Positions 21,651-31,646 of a stretch of 64,000 nucleotides of DNA are shown here, piece after piece (positions within the stretch are counted from its first letter, which is position 1; the number at the start of each line of letters is the position of its first letter). The DNA is from Pseudomonadota bacterium (lineage in GTDB: Bacteria > Desulfobacterota > Syntrophia > Syntrophales > UBA8958), in assembly GCA_030057915.1 (NCBI GenBank), contig JASGUC010000036.1:21511-85510 (forward strand). The letters run 5' to 3'. The notes under the pieces were generated by a model. That model saw only the letters and a program-made list of their open reading frames with translations, was not told the DNA's origin and searched no databases. A program made the translations under genes and the position numbers.

Positions 21651-22682
21651 ATGGAAATGGGCATTTTGGGACTTCCCCGGTGTGGGAAGAGTTCGTTGTT
21701 CGAAATCATGACGGGGATTCGCAGCCGGGACATACATGGCGAGAAATGCGTCCGGGGCCAGGCGGCTGTTCCCGATGCGCGCTTCGACCGCCTTGTGGAG
21801 ATCTTTCATCCCCTCAAGGTCTCGCCGGCCCGGGCGCCCTTCGTGGATGTCCATGCCGACGGAGAAAAGGCCTGGGAGACGGTCCGCCAGATCCTGGCCG
21901 GGGCCGACGGCCTCCTCCATGTGGTCGATGGATTTACCGCCGCGGATTTGCAGGAAATGGTCGCCCGGTGGCGCACCCTGGAGGATGAATTGATCCTTTC
22001 CGACCTCCTGGTGGTGGAGAATCGTCGGGAGCGCCTCCAGCGGGTCCCCCGGAAGGCCCTCAAGCCGGCGGAGTTGCTCCAGACGGAGCTGCTGCCCCGC
22101 CTCCATGACCAGTTGGAGCGGGGACGCCCCCTGCGGGATCTGCCGTTGAGCGACGAGGAACGGCGCGCCCTGCGCAGTTTTTCATTCTGGAGCCTACGGC
22201 CGGAGTTGGTGGTCCTCAATGTTTCCGAGGATCGCCTCGGAGACACGGAGGCCTTCCAGGAGGAGACGGGGCTTGCCGACCATGTCATAGGGTGCTGCGG
22301 GGAACTAGAGGCGGAAATGGCCGACCTGTCCCAGGAGGAGCAGCGGGAGTTTCTGGAGTCACTGGCGATGAACGAACCGGCCTTGCTGAGAATCATCCAG
22401 GCCGCTTTTCGCCTCCTGGGCCGGATCACCTACTTCACCGTGGGGGAAGACGAGGTCAAGGCGTGGGTAATCCCCCGGGGCGCCAAGGCCCCCCGGGCCG
22501 CGGCGGCCATCCACAAGGATTTCGAGCGGGGGTTCATCAAGGCGGAGGTGGTGAGCTACGACGAATTCATCGCCTGCGGCGGGACCCTGGCCGCCGCCAG
22601 GGCCGCGGGGAAACTGCGCCTGGAGGGCAAGGATTACGTGGTCGCGGACGGGGACATCATCTCGTTCCGCTTCAATGTTTGA
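21651..22682 (+). CDS. ychF: YchF/OLA1-family P-loop NTPase with C-terminal TGS-like domain
   Basis: MEMGILGLPRCGKSSLF... and the C-terminal block FERGFIKAEVVSYDEF...DGDIISFRFNV. The start is uncertain (21609, 21651 or 21657). Confidence 0.88.
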   Translation: MEMGILGLPRCGKSSLFEIMTGIRSRDIHGEKCVRGQAAVPDARFDRLVEIFHPLKVSPARAPFVDVHADGEKAWETVRQILAGADGLLHVVDGFTAADLQEMVARWRTLEDELILSDLLVVENRRERLQRVPRKALKPAELLQTELLPRLHDQLERGRPLRDLPLSDEERRALRSFSFWSLRPELVVLNVSEDRLGDTEAFQEETGLADHVIGCCGELEAEMADLSQEEQREFLESLAMNEPALLRIIQAAFRLLGRITYFTVGEDEVKAWVIPRGAKAPRAAAAIHKDFERGFIKAEVVSYDEFIACGGTLAAARAAGKLRLEGKDYVVADGDIISFRFNV

Positions 22683-22701
22683 GGAGTCAGTTGCGGAACT
22701 C

Positions 22702-22833
22702 GAGACCTCTGCAAATCCATCCTCTCCTGTCGCCCCGGCCAGATTAGGCGCCCGGGACACTTTGAAAACACTGTATTCCCGCTTCCGTCGTCATGACGAC
22801 GGGCGGGCAGAGGCGGTGTTTTTCAAAGGTCTC
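22702..22833 (+). repeat. R1 repeat, complete forward copy with 5-bp flanking duplication
   Basis: GAGACCTCTGCAAATCC...TCCTGTCGCCCCGGC...TTTGAAAACACTGTATTCCCGC...TTTTTCAAAGGTCTC. AACTC lies at 22697-22701 and 22834-22838. Confidence 0.85.
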
Positions 22834-23031
22834 AACTCGTCAAGTCTGCCGCTCCAATGTAAGACCGACTCAAGAACTAATCGAATTTACTGGCTTCCGT
22901 ACCGAGAACAGAGTGACAAAAGACGATTTCCGGTAGTTTTGCAAGTGGCGCCGAGGCAATTGTCGAGAGTTCGGCGCGGGCAGTCAAAGAACCAGGGGGC
23001 ATTTGGCGAACGACGGGCGAGAGGGGGCGTC

Positions 23032-23505
23032 ATGACCGGTGAAAACAGATTGCTGCCGATCCTGCGGGAAGGCGTTGACGTAATAAAGATGGTCCTCTTC
23101 AAGAAGCTGCGGGAGGGACTGACGGAGCGTTATCCGGAGCGGGAGCGGCTCTTTGTCAATCAACTCGCCGGCGCTACGATCAACGAACTCTTCGGGACCC
23201 CGAACCGGGAGGCGCCGTTTCTCTCCTTCAGGATCGCCAACCGGGCCCGGATTGAAACGGAGCTGGCCGGTCTGGCCGGGGATTATCCGGAACTCCGGGC
23301 CCCCCTGTCGGACGCCCTGCGGGTCCAGTTTCTCTGCGACAGCCGGGAAGGTCTGGAAAACCCCGCCCTGCTGACCCGGGCCGACGCCCTGGGGATCCTC
23401 ATCCGGGACCGGGAGGTCCCCCTGCCCGACACCTTCATGAATCTCGCCCGTGCCTTGGGGGAGGAACATGGGATCACCCTCCCCCCTCGCTTCGGATCGG
23501 CCTGA
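23032..23505 (+). CDS. hypothetical protein (157 aa)
   Basis: ATG 23032 with GAGGGGG upstream. Coding-like composition but no family recognised. The track ORF's 5' extension crosses the R1 repeat. Confidence 0.45.
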   Translation: MTGENRLLPILREGVDVIKMVLFKKLREGLTERYPERERLFVNQLAGATINELFGTPNREAPFLSFRIANRARIETELAGLAGDYPELRAPLSDALRVQFLCDSREGLENPALLTRADALGILIRDREVPLPDTFMNLARALGEEHGITLPPRFGSA

Positions 23506-23513
23506 ACAGCTTG

Positions 23514-24392
23514 TTATCCCATCGCCTCCAGGGCGGCGATACGTTCTTCCAGAGGGGGATGGGTCATGAAGAGCTTCATGAATCCTGAGGTCCCGCCGGC
23601 GATCCCGAACGCCGCCATCTGATTGGGCAGATGGGGCTGCTCGGCGGTCTTCTGGAGGCTGCGGAGGGCGGCGATCATCTTCCCCCGGCCTTCAAGGGCG
23701 GCGCTCCCGGCATCGGCCCGGAATTCCCGCTGGCGGCTGAACCACATCACGATGACGCTCGCCAGGACGCCGAATACCAACTGGGCTATAATGGTGGTAA
23801 TCATATAGGCCGGACCGGGCCCCTCATCCTCCGATTTGAAGACGACGCGATCGACGAAATAGCCGACCACCCGGGAGATGAAGATGACGAAGGTGTTGAC
23901 GACCCCCTGGATCAAGGTCAGGGTCACCATGTCACCGTTGGCCACATGGCTGATCTCGTGACCCAGGACCGCCTCCACTTCCCCCCGGGGCATGATGCGC
24001 AGCAGGCCCGTGCTCACCGCCACCAGGGAGGAATTCCTGTTCATGCCCGTGGCGAAGGCATTGGCGTCCGGGGCGTCGTAAACGGCCACTTCCGGCATGC
24101 CGATGCCGGCGGCGGCGGCCTGTCGTTTGACCGTGTTGAGCAGCCAGGCCTCCATTTCGTTCCGGGGCGATTCGATCACCTGGGCGCCGGTGAGCCTTTT
24201 CGCCGACCATTTGGACATGGCCAGGGAGACGAACGAGCCGCCGAAACCGAAAACGGAAGCGAAAATCAGGAGACTGGTCAAGTTGAGGCCGCTTCCGTCG
24301 ATGATCCTGTCCACGCCCAGGAGGTTCAGGACAATGCTCAAAACCAGGATGATGGCTATGTTCGTTGCGACAAACAGCAAAATCCTCTTCAT
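23514..24392 (-). CDS. htpX: zinc metalloprotease HtpX (M48)
   Basis: 292 aa with N-terminal TM helices and [10 protein letters not shown] zinc motif. Confidence 0.93.
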   Translation of the reverse strand: MKRILLFVATNIAIILVLSIVLNLLGVDRIIDGSGLNLTSLLIFASVFGFGGSFVSLAMSKWSAKRLTGAQVIESPRNEMEAWLLNTVKRQAAAAGIGMPEVAVYDAPDANAFATGMNRNSSLVAVSTGLLRIMPRGEVEAVLGHEISHVANGDMVTLTLIQGVVNTFVIFISRVVGYFVDRVVFKSEDEGPGPAYMITTIIAQLVFGVLASVIVMWFSRQREFRADAGSAALEGRGKMIAALRSLQKTAEQPHLPNQMAAFGIAGGTSGFMKLFMTHPPLEERIAALEAMG

Positions 24393-24605
24393 TTCCTCAT
24401 CACCTTTCTAATTGTTGGCTCTAATTGTTGGCCTGTATTCGGCGAAAATATAAACATGGGAGCGCGACGTGTCAAGGAAAACCGCCCCCTGAACAACCCC
24501 CGGGCGCGGGCCGACGCGGATCGAGGCCGAGGCATTCTGTCCCTTTGCCGGCATCCCTCGGAGCAGGCGGAATCTCCCTCGCCGGCATCTGTCGGCGCGC
24601 CTGGC

Positions 24606-24716
24606 GAGACCCTTGAACAATGCCCCCGACGACCCCCTGACGCCATGCCGGCGGAAGCCGGGGAACGGCGTCTCCAGGGTGTCCCGTCCCTGGCTTTTGC
24701 CGGGACGGCGGGAAGG
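24606..24716 (-). repeat. R1 repeat, reverse copy, followed by (GCGGGAAG)x3
   Basis: GAGACCCTTGAACAATGCC...CATGCCGGCGGAAGCCGGGG... aligns with the reverse copies at 29712 and 59148. Confidence 0.6.
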
Positions 24717-24740
24717 CGGGAAGGCGGGAAGGCGTGGATC

Positions 24741-24873
24741 GAGATCTTTTTAAAACCGCCGCCCACGCCCTGTCGGGCTTGACCCGACATCCAGAAAACA
24801 GCCGAAGACACTGGATCCCCACTTTCCCGGGAGGGACCATGGGGAGGACGCCACGGGGTTTTGCAAAGGTCTC
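24741..24873 (+). repeat. R1 repeat, complete forward copy with 5-bp flanking duplication
   Basis: GAGATCTTTTTAAAACC...CCTGTCGGGCTTGACCCGACA...GGGGTTTTGCAAAGGTCTC. GGATC lies at 24736-24740 and 24874-24878. Confidence 0.8.
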
Positions 24874-24994
24874 GGATCGTCGAAGGTCTCAGATTTTATT
24901 TGCCAAGGACGCCTGAATAGGTTAGATTGACTTCGTTTTATCCGGCCAGCGATCGGGACGTCCCAAGAAACGATTGAAGAAAGGAGCAGGAGCT

Positions 24995-25825
24995 ATGGAG
25001 GCAATGTTTACCTTGACCCCGGCGGAATCCAAGCGGCTGATCGGAAAAGGCGTGGCGGCCCTTCCGGAGATTCAAAACGCCCGGCGGAACGGCTACCTCC
25101 TTGTGGGCAGAGGTTCCACGAACGCCTATATTCTCGAGGAATTACTGGGAAAACCCATCAAGAAAGAGGGTTATGTGGCGGGTCAGGTCATCAAGGGGGT
25201 GCTGTGCGTTTTGGGCCCCGCCGAGCGAACCAGGCCGGCGATCTTCCACAAAGGCGAGGTTGTGGAGGCGGAGCCGGGATCGGTCCTGGACCAGCTCGGA
25301 CCCGGCGACATCCTCCTGAAGGGGGGCAATGCCCTGGACGGGTACGGCAATGTGGGCGTCTGCATGGCCAATCCCAACGGGGGGACGATGGGGCAGTTTT
25401 ATATGGCCATGAAGGCCCGGGGGCTGGCGATCATCTACCCCATCGGGTTGGAAAAGATGATCCCCTCCGTGGAGGCGGCGGCGCAGTTCGGAGGCACGAT
25501 GGGTTTCGGCAAGACTATCGGCGCCGGGGTGGGGATGGCCTGCGTGGCCGATGGCATGGTCTTCACGGAAGTGGACGCCGTCGAGACCCTCTTCGACATC
25601 CGCGCCGTCCACTTCGCCTCCGGCGGCTGGGGCGGCGCGGAAGGCGCCGTGACCCTGGCGGTGGAAGGATCGGACGCCAAGGTCAAGAAGTGTCTCAAGT
25701 TCATCGAGGGGAAGATCAAGGGGGAGCCCCCGCTGCCGGCGCTCAAAAGCCCCTGCAAGACCTGCGGGGTGGCATGCAATTACAAGGGCAAGGATCTCGA
25801 ACAGTTGCCGGCCTGGCTCAAGTAA
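24995..25825 (+). CDS. conserved-looking hypothetical protein (276 aa), Gly-rich core, C-terminal CKTCGVAC motif
   Basis: ATG 24995 preceded by GAAAGGAGCAGGAGCT (the track uses TTG 24974). Even coding composition but no family recognised. Confidence 0.6.
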   Translation: MEAMFTLTPAESKRLIGKGVAALPEIQNARRNGYLLVGRGSTNAYILEELLGKPIKKEGYVAGQVIKGVLCVLGPAERTRPAIFHKGEVVEAEPGSVLDQLGPGDILLKGGNALDGYGNVGVCMANPNGGTMGQFYMAMKARGLAIIYPIGLEKMIPSVEAAAQFGGTMGFGKTIGAGVGMACVADGMVFTEVDAVETLFDIRAVHFASGGWGGAEGAVTLAVEGSDAKVKKCLKFIEGKIKGEPPLPALKSPCKTCGVACNYKGKDLEQLPAWLK

Positions 25826-25850
25826 ACCCGGGTTTGCCAAACAGGAAAGG

Positions 25851-25980
25851 GGCGCCTTGAAAATCCGCGCTTTCCCGAGGCCCCTACCAAAACCGGCCTC
25901 CAGGCCATCTTGGAAGCACGGCATTTGTCCCCCGCCGAAACGACGGCAGGGGGTCGGAAACGGCTTTTTTCAAAGTTCTC
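25851..25980 (+). repeat. R1 repeat, forward copy
   Basis: GGCGCCTTGAAAATCCGCGC...GAAACGACGGCAGGGGG...CTTTTTTCAAAGTTCTC, with GAAAGG on both flanks. Confidence 0.7.
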
Positions 25981-25993
25981 GAAAGGATAAAAA

Positions 25994-26764
25994 GTGAAAA
26001 TCGTCAAACATCTGTTGACCCTGGCCTGTCTGGGGGCGTTGTGCCTCGTCCTGGGGTGTGGAGGGGCGCAAAGAGCCCCCACGTTGAAACTCGTGACGGA
26101 AAACTATCCTCCCATTACGTTCATGAAAGACGGCAAGATAACCGGCTTTGCCACGGAGGTTGTCCAGGAGCTTCTCCACCGCCAGAACCAACCGGACAAC
26201 ATCCGGATGATGGCCTGGGACGACGCCTATCGACTGGCGCTCCAGGAACGGAATGTCGTTCTCTTCAGCACGACGCGCACCGACAAGCGGGAAATGCTCT
26301 TTAAGTGGGTGGGGCCGATCGGAAGCTATCGGGATGTCCTGTATGCGAAAAGGGGTTCCGGGATCGCCATCGTCAATCTGGAAGACGCGAGGAAAGTGGG
26401 CGGGATCGGCGTGGTGGACGGCTGGTTCTCGAAGGAGTTTCTCCTGGGGCTGGGCTTCAAGAACCTAAAGAGCACGAAAGACCCCATCGAGAATGCAAGG
26501 GGCCTTGCGGACGGCAAGCTCGATCTCTGCGCCTTTACCGATATTACGGCCCCGGCCATCCTGCGGGAAGCGGGCGTCGGCATGGAGGATGTCTTTCCCG
26601 CCTATCCCATAAAGGCATACGAGTTCTACATCGCCTTTTCGAGAAATACCTCGGATGAGATCGTCAACGGCTGGCGCCGGAGTCTCGAAGATATGAAGCG
26701 GGACGGGACCTTCGAGAGGATTTCCCGGAAGTGGCTTCCCGGAGGCGGGGCGGCATCTAAATGA
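25994..26764 (+). CDS. periplasmic solute-binding-protein-like lipoprotein (family 3 SBP fold)
   Basis: Signal peptide with lipobox LVLGCGG. The body resembles amino-acid-type substrate-binding domains. GTG start. Confidence 0.7.
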   Translation: MKIVKHLLTLACLGALCLVLGCGGAQRAPTLKLVTENYPPITFMKDGKITGFATEVVQELLHRQNQPDNIRMMAWDDAYRLALQERNVVLFSTTRTDKREMLFKWVGPIGSYRDVLYAKRGSGIAIVNLEDARKVGGIGVVDGWFSKEFLLGLGFKNLKSTKDPIENARGLADGKLDLCAFTDITAPAILREAGVGMEDVFPAYPIKAYEFYIAFSRNTSDEIVNGWRRSLEDMKRDGTFERISRKWLPGGGAASK

Positions 26765-27690
26765 TCGTCGGCCCGGTCCGCATCCCCAGGTTCCGAAACG
26801 ATAACCGCGCCGGGCCGAGATGGTTTTTTGCCGTCTCCATGGCATGGCTGGCCCTCCTTTCTTTTTTCCCCTGCGTCGGCGTCGCCGCGGAGACGGCCGA
26901 CGGCGCGGCCCCGACTCCCCGCCGGGCGGCCGTTCTCCCCGCCGGGGACGCCGACCCTAAGAGGATGGCATGGGATCGCGATTATCTGAAAGGTTATCTC
27001 CGCGATACGGGCAAGATCCTCGGCGCTCCGGCGCGATGGGATGGGAAGGACTGGCTAACCGCCTCCCTGGTTGTCGCCGCGGCGGCGGGGTTTTATGCCT
27101 ACGATCGGGATATCCAGGAGTGGTTTCAGGACAAGAGGGGCGACGCCTCCAACAATGTCGCCAAGGCGATCTCCCCCCTCGGCAAACCGTTGTTTGCCGT
27201 GCCGGCCATGGGGCTCGTTTACCTCTACGGGGAGAGCCGGGAGAATGAAAAGGCGCGCCGAATCGGCCTGTTGGGGATGGAGAGCACGGTCCTGGCCGGG
27301 GCCTTCACCTCCGTCCTGAAATTCGCCACCCACCGGTCCCGTCCGGATACCGGGGAGGGCTACGACAAATGGCGGGGGCCAGAATTCTCGACGGACAATA
27401 TGTCTTTCCCTTCGCTGCATACCAGCACGGCCTTTTCCCTGGCGAAGGTCATCGCCGCCGAAACGGACAATCCCTGCGTGACGGCGGCGGCTTACAGCCT
27501 GGCCTCGCTGGTGGGGCTGGCCCGGCTCAACGACAATGAACACTGGGCGTCGGACGGCTTTTTGGGCGCCGCCATCGGTTACTTTACCGCCGTCGCTGTC
27601 CTTGCCTACCATAAACGGCCGTACCCCGTTTCCTTCACGCCCAGCGTGAGCCGCCTAGGCGGCGGGGTTTCGCTTACCTACCATTACTGA
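26761..27690 (+). CDS. PAP2-family phosphatase, membrane/periplasmic
   Basis: PAP2 motifs KFATHRSRPD, SFPSLHTS, NEHWASDGFLG. The start is ambiguous: ATG 26761 overlaps the upstream stop, and ATG 26839 gives a cleaner signal peptide. Confidence 0.8.
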   Translation: MIVGPVRIPRFRNDNRAGPRWFFAVSMAWLALLSFFPCVGVAAETADGAAPTPRRAAVLPAGDADPKRMAWDRDYLKGYLRDTGKILGAPARWDGKDWLTASLVVAAAAGFYAYDRDIQEWFQDKRGDASNNVAKAISPLGKPLFAVPAMGLVYLYGESRENEKARRIGLLGMESTVLAGAFTSVLKFATHRSRPDTGEGYDKWRGPEFSTDNMSFPSLHTSTAFSLAKVIAAETDNPCVTAAAYSLASLVGLARLNDNEHWASDGFLGAAIGYFTAVAVLAYHKRPYPVSFTPSVSRLGGGVSLTYHY

Positions 27691-27744
27691 GAATCGGCGG
27701 TTAAACTATCGGGATATTCGTGTTTTCAAGGCGTTCGGACCCGC

Positions 27745-28713
27745 TCAGAGGCGGCGATCCCGCTTGCTGCCCTGCCAGCTCCGGCGGCGTTTGAGTTCCC
27801 AGTCGATACCGTTGAGGACGGCCATTTTGTTTACCGCCCAGGACGGACCGAGGAAGATGTCCTTGTAGCCATCGGCGGTAAGGCGCTGGATTACCATTTC
27901 GGACGGCAGGATTTCCAGGATGTCGCAGACGGTGGCGACATATTCCTCCTTGCTCATGAGGGACACCTCGCCGCTTTCGTAACGACGGCCCAGGGGGGTG
28001 CCCCGGAGCGCCAGGAGAGAGTGGATCTTGACGCCCTGAATGGGCAGATCGGCCAGGGCGCGGGCCGTGGCCAGGATGTCCCCCCGGGTTTCTCCGGGAA
28101 GCCCGACGATGATATGAACGCAAATATGAATCCCCCGGCCCTGGGCGCGCGCCACGGCATCCAGAAAGGTCCGGGCGTCGTGGCCCCGGTTGAGGTTGAC
28201 GAGGGTCCGGTCGTGGATGGACTGGAGACCGAGTTCCAACCAGATATGGGCCTGCCCGGCATAGCCTTCCAGGAGGTCGAGGACGGGATCGGGGACGCAA
28301 TCGGGACGGGTGCCGACGGACAGGCCGATCACGTCGGGCTGGGCGAGGGCCTCGTCGTAGCGCCGCCGCAGCGCCTCCAGGACATCGTAGGTATTGGTAA
28401 AGGTCTGGAAATAGGCGATGAATTTTGCTGCCCGGCGGTGCAGGGTGTAATAGGCCTTGCCCTTTTCGATCTGGGCGGTCACCGAGGGCAGGGGGCCGGC
28501 CTGACGAAGCTTGGAGCCGCGACCGTCGCAGTAGGCGCACCCCCCCACGGCGATGCGGCCGTCCCGATTGGGGCAGGTGAAGCCGGCGTCGATGGGGAGC
28601 TTGTAAACCTTGCATCCGAAGCGATTCCGCCAGTAACTCTTCAGGTCGTAGTAGCGCTTGCTGTTGTTCCAGAAGGCGGGGCGCGCCGGGGCGCGATGCT
28701 TTTCATCGTTCAT
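27745..28713 (-). CDS. radical SAM protein, TIGR01212 (YhcC-like) family
   Basis: YKLPIDAGFTCPNRDGRIAVGGCAYCD cluster motif. Start at MNDEKH (ATG 28713); the track ORF extends to 28827. Confidence 0.88.
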   Translation of the reverse strand: MNDEKHRAPARPAFWNNSKRYYDLKSYWRNRFGCKVYKLPIDAGFTCPNRDGRIAVGGCAYCDGRGSKLRQAGPLPSVTAQIEKGKAYYTLHRRAAKFIAYFQTFTNTYDVLEALRRRYDEALAQPDVIGLSVGTRPDCVPDPVLDLLEGYAGQAHIWLELGLQSIHDRTLVNLNRGHDARTFLDAVARAQGRGIHICVHIIVGLPGETRGDILATARALADLPIQGVKIHSLLALRGTPLGRRYESGEVSLMSKEEYVATVCDILEILPSEMVIQRLTADGYKDIFLGPSWAVNKMAVLNGIDWELKRRRSWQGSKRDRRL

Positions 28714-28802
28714 AAGTCTCTCTCGCCATGGGAGAAGGACCACCGCGTCGGATTGCCCAACCCCGCCGGTCGCGTCTCCGGAAGGAAGCGGTCCGCCCTT
28801 TC

Positions 28803-29528
28803 CTATCCCGGCAGCGGTTGGACCCACTTCTTCTTGTCGCCGTCATAGAACCACTTGTCGGGAAATCCGCGCCGCCGGACGAAGGTGGGGTTCTCCGCCC
28901 AGGCGATCATCTCCTCGTAGGCCTGATGGAGCTTACGGAAGATCTCGGCATCGCCGCCGACGTCGGGATGATGGAGCTTGGCCTGCTGGCGGAACGAGGT
29001 CTTGACGAGCCGCTTGAGCGCCGGGGAGAACAGATCGGCCTGGGCGAGATTCAGGATGAGGAGCGATGTCCTCTTGACCGAGGAAACGGTGGTGATGATG
29101 GGCTTGACCGAGGTGATGGGCTTGTAGTTCCGCACCGCCTGGGACAGGACATGCTGCGAGGCGAGGAAACGCTTGTTGGTGCGCCTTTTTTCCGCCCACC
29201 ACCGTTCCCCCAGGATGTCGGCCATGCGGCTGAAGTCTTCACCGGGCTTGCCGCCGGGGGTGCGGGGATAGAGAAAGCTGAAAATTTCGGAAGTGCCGTA
29301 GGGGAGGATATCCATCATGATCAGACTTTCGGAAAAAGAGAAGGTGGCGCAGCGGGTGTTCAGCGCCTCGACGAGGCCGGTCCGGGCGTCGAGGCGCAGG
29401 CGCAGCCTCTGCCGGCATTCCAGGGAGCAGTAGCGACGTCGGCCCATATTTTCGGTGGCGCCGCAGGATAGGCAGCGGGGTTGCTTCCGCTGGCGCTCCC
29501 GGGGGACTATGGAGGTGGTCGCTTTCAT
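28803..29528 (-). CDS. hypothetical protein with N-terminal CxxC...C zinc-ribbon-like motif and C-terminal J domain
   Basis: HPD tripeptide in FRQQAKLHHPDVGGDAEIFRKLHQAYEEM. N-terminal CLSCG...YCSLEC. ATG 29528 preferred over the track's TTG 29546. Confidence 0.6.
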   Translation of the reverse strand: MKATTSIVPRERQRKQPRCLSCGATENMGRRRYCSLECRQRLRLRLDARTGLVEALNTRCATFSFSESLIMMDILPYGTSEIFSFLYPRTPGGKPGEDFSRMADILGERWWAEKRRTNKRFLASQHVLSQAVRNYKPITSVKPIITTVSSVKRTSLLILNLAQADLFSPALKRLVKTSFRQQAKLHHPDVGGDAEIFRKLHQAYEEMIAWAENPTFVRRRGFPDKWFYDGDKKKWVQPLPG

Positions 29529-29581
29529 GCGGTCATCATACCACAAATTGCCAAGCTTTCAATCCGCGAACGATCCGCGCC

Positions 29582-29685
29582 CAGGGTAAATTTTTTCTCA
29601 ATGTAAGTAGTTGATCTTGAATGATCTACAAAAACTGAGGCACGTCCTGTTTTCAGACACTTAGAGATAGAACAAATTTACCGTG
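29582..29685 (-). mobile_element. MITE-like element, copy 4
   Basis: Termini CAGGGTAAATTTTTTCT...AGAACAAATTTACCGTG. Perfect 10-bp direct repeats GATCCGCGCC lie at 29572-29581 and 29686-29695. Confidence 0.85.
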
Positions 29686-29711
29686 GATCCGCGCCACGTC
29701 AAGGGTCCGGA

Positions 29712-29841
29712 GAGACCTCCGAGAAACGCCGCCCAAGCCTGACGCCGTCATGCCGACGGAAGCCGGGAGGCAGCGTTTTCAAGACGTTCCGGACGCCGAA
29801 TTCTGTTGGGGCGACAGGAGAGGGGGATTTGCCAAGGTCTC
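29712..29841 (-). repeat. R1 repeat, complete reverse copy
   Basis: GAGACCTCCGAGAAACGCCGCC...GGGGCGACAGGA...GATTTGCCAAGGTCTC. Flanks CCGGA/TCGGA match 4/5. Confidence 0.8.
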
Positions 29842-30036
29842 TCGGATCATTGCCGCCCGGGCACCCAAGGCGGTTCGGCTTATGCCCCAAGCTCGAAGCC
29901 ATGTCAACAGAAAAGATTTCCCGGGTAAAATCAACATATACTTATTTATTTTAGATGGTTACAGGAATTCCGAGGCATTGTGGGGTCGTCAAGATTGATC
30001 TTGAAAATAAAAGGATTCATGTTATGGTAACGCCCT

Positions 30037-30960
30037 ATGATAACCATCCGGCGCCTTGAAGACATCCCGGAGGAGTTCAAAGGCTCCTTTGTGACCATCG
30101 GCAACTTCGACGGGGTCCACCGCGGGCACCAATTCCTGTTTGACAATCTGGTCCGTCAGGCCCACGACGCCGGCGCCGCGGCGGTGGCCATAACCTTCGA
30201 ACCCCACCCGAAAATGGTCCTGCATCCCGAACGCCGTCCCTTCTATCTGATCGCCACCCTGGAGGAGAAGATCGAACTCATCGCCGCCCAGGGGGTGGAC
30301 GGCCTGCTCATCATCCCCTTTTCCCTGGAATATTCGCGGATTACGGCCCAGGAGTTCGTCCGCGACCTCCTCTGGGAAAGATTGAGGATCAGGAAGATCT
30401 TCATCGGCCACGATTATACCTTCGGCCGGGGAAAGGAGGGCAACGAGGCCTTTCTCGTCGCCTGGGGGGAGCGGTTGGGTTTCGCCGTGGAGGTGATGAA
30501 CGCCTTCACCGGCAACGGGGACATCATCAGCAGCACCCTGGTGCGCAACGCCATCCTGGCCGGCGACGTCAAGAAGGCGGCGGCCTGCCTGGGCCGGCCC
30601 TACAATCTGGCGGGCCGCGTTGTCGTCGGGCATCGCCGGGGGGCGTCCCTGGGCTTCCCCACGGCCAATATCCAACCGGAAAAGGCCCTCCTACCCGCCC
30701 GGGGCGTCTATGCGGCCCTGGCCAAACTGGCCGGTCGGACCTACCGCGGCGTCCTCAATATCGGCATGAATCCCACCTTTGCCGATGAATGTCTGTCCGT
30801 GGAAGTTCACCTCCTTGATTTCAACGAAGACATCTACGGTCAGACCCTGGAGGCGCTATTTTGGGAAAAATTGCGGGAGGAGATCAAGTTCAGCGGGCCC
30901 GCCCCGCTGATTGCCCAGATCGAACGGGATATCGCCCGGGCCCGGGAACTCCTGCCTTGA
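30037..30960 (+). CDS. ribF: bifunctional riboflavin kinase / FMN adenylyltransferase
   Basis: 307 aa with GNFDGVHRGH nucleotidyltransferase motif and a C-terminal riboflavin kinase domain. Confidence 0.95.
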   Translation: MITIRRLEDIPEEFKGSFVTIGNFDGVHRGHQFLFDNLVRQAHDAGAAAVAITFEPHPKMVLHPERRPFYLIATLEEKIELIAAQGVDGLLIIPFSLEYSRITAQEFVRDLLWERLRIRKIFIGHDYTFGRGKEGNEAFLVAWGERLGFAVEVMNAFTGNGDIISSTLVRNAILAGDVKKAAACLGRPYNLAGRVVVGHRRGASLGFPTANIQPEKALLPARGVYAALAKLAGRTYRGVLNIGMNPTFADECLSVEVHLLDFNEDIYGQTLEALFWEKLREEIKFSGPAPLIAQIERDIARARELLP

Positions 30961-31646
30961 AGACAAGGCCGCTGCATTCCTGGGACATCCCCCGGGAAGA
31001 TGCCGTGCCCCTGCAAAACGACCTCCGCTCACGGCTTATCCTGGCCGATCCGTCTCCGGCGCTAGGGATAAGTCACATCGCGGGGGCCGACGTCTCCTAT
31101 GACCGTCACAGCGATCTGTTTTTTGCCGTGGCAGTCCTGCTCTCCTATCCCGACCTGACGGTCCGGGAAGAGACCCAGGCGATGCGCCGGGTACGCTTCC
31201 CCTATGTGCCGGGCCTGCTCAGCTTTCGGGAGGGACCGATCCTCCTGGAGGCTCTGGAAAAGCTGTCCATCGTCCCGGATGCGGTCATGTTCGACGGTCA
31301 TGGCATCGCCCATCCCCGGGGCTTCGGGCTGGCCTGCCACCTGGGGCTGTGGCTCGATAGGCCGTCCATTGGTTGCGCCAAGTCCCGGCTGGTGGGCGAC
31401 TATCGGACGCCCGGCCTGGAAGCGGGGGATGATGAGCCCCTCGTCCACAAGGAGCGGATCGTCGGCGTGGTTTTGCGGACCAAGCGACGGGTGCGGCCGG
31501 TCTTCGTCTCGCCGGGCCACCGGATCGGTATCTCCGGGGCCCGGGATATCGTCCTGAGCTGCTGCCGCGGTTATCGCCTTCCCGAGCCGCTGCGGCAGGC
31601 TCATCTGGCCGTAAACCGCCTGCGCCGGACTGGCGGCGATCGCTAA
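30957..31646 (+). CDS. nfi: endonuclease V
   Basis: Nfi blocks FPYVPGLLSFRE and DGHGIAHPRGFG. There is no ATG, so the proposed TTG 30957 overlaps the ribF stop (TTGA). The start is uncertain. Confidence 0.82.
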   Translation: MKTRPLHSWDIPREDAVPLQNDLRSRLILADPSPALGISHIAGADVSYDRHSDLFFAVAVLLSYPDLTVREETQAMRRVRFPYVPGLLSFREGPILLEALEKLSIVPDAVMFDGHGIAHPRGFGLACHLGLWLDRPSIGCAKSRLVGDYRTPGLEAGDDEPLVHKERIVGVVLRTKRRVRPVFVSPGHRIGISGARDIVLSCCRGYRLPEPLRQAHLAVNRLRRTGGDR

